Source: Planctomycetota bacterium (lineage in GTDB: Bacteria; Planctomycetota; GCA-002687715; CAIWVZ01). From it: DNA of 64,000 nucleotides. The position numbers and the translations under genes were made by a program. Location: NCBI GenBank assembly GCA_044222185.1, contig JBGANV010000012.1:32001-96000 (forward strand). Reading direction: 5' to 3'. Position 1 is the first letter of the stretch. Each line of letters starts with the position of its first letter. Shown here in pieces: positions 58,626 through 64,000 of this stretch. A model generated the notes under the pieces. It was given only the letters and a program-made list of their open reading frames with translations, was not told the origin of the DNA and did not search any database.

Positions 58626-59741
58626 TCAGAACAGGAGGTAGTGCGCAGCCGTCAGAACGACGGGCGAGCACGGACCCGACGTCTGATAGACGAGGCCCTG
58701 AATGGCGGCGAACAACCCGGCGGGCATGTTCGACGTCGAGAAGCTGAGGGTCGCCGTGCCGGCCGCGTTCAGGTGGCAGAGCGAGTTCAGGAGGCCAGGC
58801 TGAACGCCGTCGAACACGAGGTTGAGGCCACCGAGCCCGATGTCGACGAATCCGATGCAGCCCGCGTTCAGGCTGAGCGGGGCCGGCGTGCTCGCGAAGA
58901 GCGCGAACGGCGCGTTCGCAGGACCGGACCACGTCATCGTGAGCGTTCCCGGCTGCGACAACGTCTGGGCGAACGGTGCATTGCACGGATTGGTGCCCAG
59001 CCCGTTCACCAGCAGGCTGGCGGCGAGGCTGTTCGCTTGACCGTTCACCGGGCACGTTCCGACGACGACGACGTTGTCGACGAAGGCTGGAGAGGACACG
59101 GCCGTATCACCGCGGTTGCCGACGATGCAGATGAGGCGCAGCGCCATGCCGGAGACGTAGCCAGGCACCGACGACATCGAGATGACGGCGGTCTTGACGC
59201 CGGCGGGCGCAGGCTCCGAGCCGGCGAACGCGAGCGGCAACGTGACACCAGCGTTCGGGCACGCCGGGGCCAACGTCGTGTGCGTGTCGACATAAACCAC
59301 GTCCGCGAGCCAGACGGGCGTCGCCGGCGTGGTGACGTCATACAGCGACACTTGGAAGAAGTCGTTGTAGGTCGCCTGGTTGGCGCCTTCGTTGTTGAGC
59401 CACGTCCAATCGATGGACACGGTTGCAACCGGGCTACCGGCGCCGAAGTCCTGATAGATCCATCCGCCCATCAGCGCCGGAGGAGCGACCTGGCATCCCG
59501 AGGTGTACTGCGTGCCGCCAACCGCATCGAGCCGCGCATAGTTCAAGCCGTTCGACGGGAACCCGTTCAACGCGGCAGTATCGACGGTGGACGACCCGCC
59601 ACCGCCCTCGATCCACGCGCCCGAGAACGTCGTGCCGGCCGTCTGGCTCTCGAAACTGCCATCGCTGAGCTGTGCGAACGTCGGTGCAACGAGAAGACCT
59701 GAGATGATCACCGCGGCAACGCGGCTGCTGAGCAACTTCAT
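58626..59741 (-). CDS. Secreted protein with a carbohydrate-binding-like jelly-roll domain and putative C-terminal sorting module
   Basis: RBS AGGAG and signal peptide ...APTFA-Q. LSDGSFE...W...IYQDF...FVDNV (CBM4/9-like pattern). Terminal PAGLFAAIQG...LTAAHYLLF. Confidence 0.87.
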   Translation of the reverse strand: MKLLSSRVAAVIISGLLVAPTFAQLSDGSFESQTAGTTFSGAWIEGGGGSSTVDTAALNGFPSNGLNYARLDAVGGTQYTSGCQVAPPALMGGWIYQDFGAGSPVATVSIDWTWLNNEGANQATYNDFFQVSLYDVTTPATPVWLADVVYVDTHTTLAPACPNAGVTLPLAFAGSEPAPAGVKTAVISMSSVPGYVSGMALRLICIVGNRGDTAVSSPAFVDNVVVVGTCPVNGQANSLAASLLVNGLGTNPCNAPFAQTLSQPGTLTMTWSGPANAPFALFASTPAPLSLNAGCIGFVDIGLGGLNLVFDGVQPGLLNSLCHLNAAGTATLSFSTSNMPAGLFAAIQGLVYQTSGPCSPVVLTAAHYLLF

Positions 59742-59833
59742 CGATTCACTCCTATTGGAAACACTCTTCGGACTGACCGCGACTGCGCTTTCGCTCGCTG
59801 CGGGCGGACTACGGCAAGGTCCGGAGGGGCGGG

Positions 59834-59862
59834 ATTCTACACGCGGGCGACCGGCTTGTGAA
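59834..59862 (-). promoter_or_regulatory. Sigma-70-type promoter for the 59741 gene
   Basis: TTCACA-N17-TAGAAT (5/6 and 5/6 matches to TTGACA/TATAAT). Confidence 0.65.
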
Positions 59863-60029
59863 CCGACGTCGCTTGGGGAACCGCGGGCCTGCGCCTCCCG
59901 CCGCCTTGGCCCGTCGCGCATGAGGGCTGGCCGGGCCCGAGTCGCAATTCACTCGGAATCAGGTACTTACCCACACGGTCCTGTGCGTCGATGTCGCCTG
60001 CCCGGCCTGCCTGCCGGCCCGACGCGCGT

Positions 60030-62063
60030 CTATGCGAGGCTCGCGACCTCGACGCGCGCGTCGTTGTAGGTGGCTCCTCCGGAGACGCGCGTCACGCATT
60101 GGTTGATCAACGCGTTGGCATTGGTCCGCGACGGACTGTTGCGGAGCCAGACACCCTTGGGGATGACGCAGACGCCCCGGCGCAGTCCCGGATCCGCGAT
60201 CGCCCGCGCCCGGACCTCCCCGTCGTTGTTGAACACGCGAATGATGTCGCCGCTTGCGAAGCCACGATTGCGGAGGTCGTCCGGGTTCATGGCGCACGTG
60301 ATCTCCGCGTCGTCCAAGTCGCCGAGAATGGAGTTGATGGTCTTCGCCGTCGCCGGAGACAGGAGTGCAAACGGGAACTGCGGGGTCGTCCCTTCCGCCA
60401 CGTACTCGTACACGTCGACCCCGCGACTCCGCCAGGCGGATGGATCCAGGTGGATCTTGCGATCGATGGTGAGCGGGAAACTGTTCACGAATTGGATCGG
60501 CCCCGGACGCGCGTCGAAGGTGACCGGCACGACGCCATCCCTCGCGAGGCGCGCAGCCGCATCTGCCGGGAGGCCCTTGCACGACTTCAGATAGCGACCC
60601 GTCATGGAGTCGGGGCGCGTGTCGAAGTCGGGTCCCTCGAAGCCGAGTTTCTGCGCCAGCGCCGCGAAGATCTCCTGGTTCGATCTCGCCTCGCCGCGGG
60701 GCGCGACGACGGGGTCGACCCGCTGGACGATCATGGCGCCGTAGCCTTTGAGCAGCTCGTGCGATTCCAGGAACGTGGTGGCCGGCAGGATCACGTCGGC
60801 GAAGGCGCACGTGTCCGTCATCACTTGCTCGATGACGACGGTGAAGAGGTCATCGCGGAGGAATCCGCGGCGGACGGCCGTCTGACCCGGAGTCGACACG
60901 AGGGGGTTCGCGTTGTAGACGACGATGGCCTTCACGGGTGGTTTCGTCGCATGTCCCAGCGCGTTGCCGAGCTGTGACATGTTCACCGTGCGGACCGCCG
61001 GTGCGGGCGCCGAGAGGAGTGCGGACGTGTTCGCCTGGTATGCACCCGAGTTCGACAGCGTGTATCCGCCGCCGCGTATGCCGAACTTCCCGGCGAACGC
61101 CGGCACCGCGAGAACGGCCGCCATGGCGCCGTCGCCGTTGCGGTTGCGCTCGATCCCCCAGCCGATCCGCAGCAGGGCGGGGCTCGCCTCCAGGTAGAGA
61201 TCGGCGAAACGATCGAGGTCGGCGGGTGGGATGCGGGTTTCGCGCGCGGCCAGATCCCGCGTCCACTTGCGGGCGTGGGCGAGGACGTGATCCGCTCCGA
61301 GCGCGTGCTCGCGGAGGAAGTCTCGAGCGAGCAGCCCGCGCCGCTCGGTCTCGCCGATGAGCCACAGCGCGAGGGCCAGGTCCGTCCCTGGCCACACGGC
61401 CAGGTGGAGATCGGACCGCTCGGCCACCGGCGTCCGCCGCGGGTCGACGACCACGATCTTCGCGCCGTTCTTTCGGGCAGCGTTCAGGTGCGGGACGATG
61501 TGGATGTTCGAGACGTTGGGGTTGCCGCCCCAGACGACGATGGTTTTCGCGAACTCGTAGTCCTCGAATCCGACGCCGGCCATCTTGCCGTACATCGCCG
61601 TCGCCGTTTCCGTCGCGGGCGCGGCGCACAGCGTGCGATCGAGGTCGGACGCGCCCAACCGTCGCCAGAGCGCTTCATCGATCCAATCATGCGCGAAGAC
61701 ACCGTTCGACCCGTCGTAGTGGTAGGGGAGGATCGCCTCGCCTCCGTGTTGATCCTTCACCTCGCGCAGCTTGGCCGCGACGAGTGTGAGAGCTTCGTCC
61801 CAACCGATGGGCTCGAATCGCCCCTCGCCCTTCGGGCCTGAACGTCGCAGCGGGGTGAGGATTCGATCGTCGCCGTTCACCCGCGCCGGGTAATGCGTCA
61901 TCTTCGCGCACATGAATCCGCCGGTCATCGGGTTGTGTGCCGAGCCGCGAAGTGCCGTCACTCGGTCGCCGTCGACCTTCGCTTCGAGGCTGCACGCGTC
62001 TGGGCAATCCATCGGGCAGGCAGTCCGGACCCACCCGTCACTCGTCCTCGTCGTTGAAGTCAT
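60030..62063 (-). CDS. Molybdopterin (bis-MGD) oxidoreductase, YoaE/YyaE-like
   Basis: [4Fe-4S] motif CPMDCPDAC...C, then RILTPLRR..GEGRFEPIGWDEAL, RTLC (Cys ligand position), VVVDPRRT, PGTDLAL and ADVILPATT.LE. C-terminal molydop-binding domain. Confidence 0.95.
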   Translation of the reverse strand: MTSTTRTSDGWVRTACPMDCPDACSLEAKVDGDRVTALRGSAHNPMTGGFMCAKMTHYPARVNGDDRILTPLRRSGPKGEGRFEPIGWDEALTLVAAKLREVKDQHGGEAILPYHYDGSNGVFAHDWIDEALWRRLGASDLDRTLCAAPATETATAMYGKMAGVGFEDYEFAKTIVVWGGNPNVSNIHIVPHLNAARKNGAKIVVVDPRRTPVAERSDLHLAVWPGTDLALALWLIGETERRGLLARDFLREHALGADHVLAHARKWTRDLAARETRIPPADLDRFADLYLEASPALLRIGWGIERNRNGDGAMAAVLAVPAFAGKFGIRGGGYTLSNSGAYQANTSALLSAPAPAVRTVNMSQLGNALGHATKPPVKAIVVYNANPLVSTPGQTAVRRGFLRDDLFTVVIEQVMTDTCAFADVILPATTFLESHELLKGYGAMIVQRVDPVVAPRGEARSNQEIFAALAQKLGFEGPDFDTRPDSMTGRYLKSCKGLPADAAARLARDGVVPVTFDARPGPIQFVNSFPLTIDRKIHLDPSAWRSRGVDVYEYVAEGTTPQFPFALLSPATAKTINSILGDLDDAEITCAMNPDDLRNRGFASGDIIRVFNNDGEVRARAIADPGLRRGVCVIPKGVWLRNSPSRTNANALINQCVTRVSGGATYNDARVEVASLA

Positions 62064-62261
62064 GGCAGGGCGCAGCTTATCCGCTCGCGCCCTTTGCGTC
62101 CCGGCATTGTGGCTGAGGAACGGGTCTGTTCCTTCGCGAGCACGTTTGGCGCGCATTTGCGCCGAGTCTCCGGCGATGCGCTCGGGGTATGCTCACCCGA
62201 CGGCCGGACCTCGCACCCTCGAAGTTCGTGCGAAGGCCGAGTCGCGAGACGCACACGACCC

Positions 62262-63335
62262 ATGGCCAAGCAGTTTCACCGGGTGTCGGCATTCCTCATT
62301 CTGGCCGCTTCCTCGCTCGCACAGACGACTGATGTCTTCATCCCCGATGCCAGCTCATCCTCCGGCGTCGTCGGGAACGTGATCCCGTTCTCCCCGAGCT
62401 TCGGGGCGACCCCCGGATCCATGACTCACCTCGTCATCATTCCGGCAGCGCGACTTCAGCTGGCTGGCGTGCATGCGGGCGACCACCTCGTCGACATCAA
62501 GCTCGCGCCGATCGGGACCGGCGTCGCGCAGGCACCCGTGTTCCGCATGATCGTGGGACACGTCCAGGATCCGTACTCGTCCATGGGGTTCCTCGACTCG
62601 TTCCTCGACTTCGACATCCTGTACGACACGCTGATGGCGGGACCCTTCCGCTGGCATGCGACCGCGGACGCGTGGTCGTCTCTCGGAGTCGGCGGCGGCG
62701 GGTTCGCGTGGGACGGCGTACACGACGTCGGTCTCTACACGACTCACGCCGGCATGACGGTCTCGAGCACCACGGGGTGGACTGGTGCGTGCTGGCGCGA
62801 GAGCACGCTGTTTCGCAAGTGGTCGAGCGGCTACGAGACGATCACCGCCACCAACCTGCTCCAGAACGGACTGAAGATGGGGCTCCGTTTCGCGGACTCG
62901 GCGACGGCCTCGGCCTCCGTCGGGTGGTACGGCCAGGGGACGTCGGGCCTGCTGGGCATCCCGCAGATGCTGATTCCCCAGGCCCCGACGTTCGGCAACC
63001 CGAGCTTCTCCGTCGGCCTCGCGAACGCGTGGCCAGGATCTCTCGCGATGCTCGTCGTCTCGTCCCGGGCCGGCAATCAACCGATCGGCCTGTACGCGGA
63101 CGTACGCCTGCTCGTCGACGTCTCGTCGACCGCGACCGTATTCATCGAGCCCCGTCCCGTGTCCGCCTCGGGCTCGGTGTACTTGACCGTTCCGGTCCCT
63201 TCCTGGGATCCAAATCTGCTCGGATTGCCGATCCACGCTCAGTGGATCGTCGCCGGTGATCCGGGCGCGCCGGCCACCATCTACGGCGTTTCGCTCGCGC
63301 TTTCGTCGGGCGTCACGCTCACCCCCGGCGTTTGA
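62262..63335 (+). CDS. Secreted protein with a putative C-terminal sorting module
   Basis: Signal peptide ...AASSLA-Q. C-terminal YGQGTSG...PTFGN...VPVPSWDPNLLGLPIHAQW...LSSGVTLTPGV. Confidence 0.87.
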   Translation: MAKQFHRVSAFLILAASSLAQTTDVFIPDASSSSGVVGNVIPFSPSFGATPGSMTHLVIIPAARLQLAGVHAGDHLVDIKLAPIGTGVAQAPVFRMIVGHVQDPYSSMGFLDSFLDFDILYDTLMAGPFRWHATADAWSSLGVGGGGFAWDGVHDVGLYTTHAGMTVSSTTGWTGACWRESTLFRKWSSGYETITATNLLQNGLKMGLRFADSATASASVGWYGQGTSGLLGIPQMLIPQAPTFGNPSFSVGLANAWPGSLAMLVVSSRAGNQPIGLYADVRLLVDVSSTATVFIEPRPVSASGSVYLTVPVPSWDPNLLGLPIHAQWIVAGDPGAPATIYGVSLALSSGVTLTPGV

Positions 63336-63378
63336 CGGCCCGGGCGCCGGCGGAAGGGTCGGCGCCCGGTTCTGGCGG

Positions 63379-63999
63379 TCAGACCTTCTGGACCCAGCCG
63401 CGCGTGTCCTTCACCGCACCGAGCTGAATGGCCTGGAGGCGGCGGCGGATCTCGGTCGAGACGGGGAAGCCGCCGCGCGGAAGGTCGCGGTAGCTCCCAT
63501 CGTGGAAGATGCTTGCGACGGGTCCGACGACGACGGCCGTCCCGCACAGGAACAACTCGCTGCCGTTCGAGAGCACCTCGGCGAGGGGAAGGTCGCGCTC
63601 CTCGACCTTCAGCTTCATGTCGTCACGGGCGACGGTGATGATGCTGTCGCGCGTGACGCCCGGCAGGATCGTCCCCGAAAGCGGCGGCGTCACGACGGTG
63701 CCGTTCTTCATGATGGCGAACACGTTGCTGCTCGCGGACTCCTCGATGTTCGCGTGCTGGCGTGCATCCAGGTAGAGGGCTTCGTCGTCGCCGGCTTCAT
63801 GCACCAGGCGGCGCGCGCGCAGCGTGGATGCGTAGTTGGCCGAGCACTTGGCGTTGCCGAGCCCGCCCGGCGGGACGCGCGCGCCTTCCTGAACTCTGAC
63901 GCGCAGGCCTCGCGGCGTTTCGTTCGGCTGGTTCGAGAAGTAGTTGCCGACCGGCGAGGCGAATACGTGGAAGCGGCAATGGCGACCTGCGCTCACGCC
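63379..63999 (-). CDS. ilvE: Branched-chain amino acid aminotransferase (class IV PLP enzyme), 5'-partial
   Basis: GNAKCSANY (PLP Lys), EESASSNVF, ILPGVTRDS and FLCGTAVVVGPV. The frame is open to the window edge. Confidence 0.9.
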   Translation of the reverse strand, partial: GVSAGRHCRFHVFASPVGNYFSNQPNETPRGLRVRVQEGARVPPGGLGNAKCSANYASTLRARRLVHEAGDDEALYLDARQHANIEESASSNVFAIMKNGTVVTPPLSGTILPGVTRDSIITVARDDMKLKVEERDLPLAEVLSNGSELFLCGTAVVVGPVASIFHDGSYRDLPRGGFPVSTEIRRRLQAIQLGAVKDTRGWVQKV

Positions 64000-64000
64000 G

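Noticed and set aside
60030-62063. Mo-oxidoreductase as a selenocysteine formate dehydrogenase
   Set aside because: The frame is uninterrupted and the ligand position is Cys (RTLCAAP), without the following His typical of formate dehydrogenases.
62146-62160. Sigma-54-like site TTGGCGCGCATTTGC
   Set aside because: GG-to-GC spacing is one base short of the strict requirement.

Overview
High-GC (roughly 70% by eye) bacterial chromosomal window. It is most likely from a Planctomycetota genome; this is inferred from ECF sigma/Ser-Thr kinase pairs, a membrane-anchored ECF fused to carboxypeptidase-regulatory-like repeats, DDGxGPALYxGG propeller repeats and a sulfatase. About 34 credible CDSs are present, mostly secreted or surface proteins and signal-transduction modules, plus a few housekeeping-type genes (methyltransferase, DinB, CPA2 antiporter, ABC transporter, Mo-oxidoreductase, partial ilvE). 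No rRNA, tRNA, CRISPR array or transposase was recognised. Highlights: (1) A probable unannotated secreted selenoprotein (20716..21942, minus strand). Its apparent UGA stop lies in a Gly-Cys-[UGA]-Gly motif and is followed by a SECIS-like hairpin, 52 more coding-like codons, a second stop and then the terminator. (2) Seven secreted proteins with largely unrelated cargo domains end in a similar C-terminal module (five with G-x5-Q...S/T-x-x-h-x-h-x-h, two divergent), suggesting an undescribed protein sorting or anchoring signal; a gingipain-like C25 peptidase lies nearby. (3) Four ECF sigma factors use three regulatory logics and share carboxypeptidase-regulatory-like periplasmic modules. (4) A GGAG-headed compound REP/REPIN-like palindrome family occurs at four loci. 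(5) An in-frame TAG splits one gene. All family assignments come from motif recognition by eye, not database searches.
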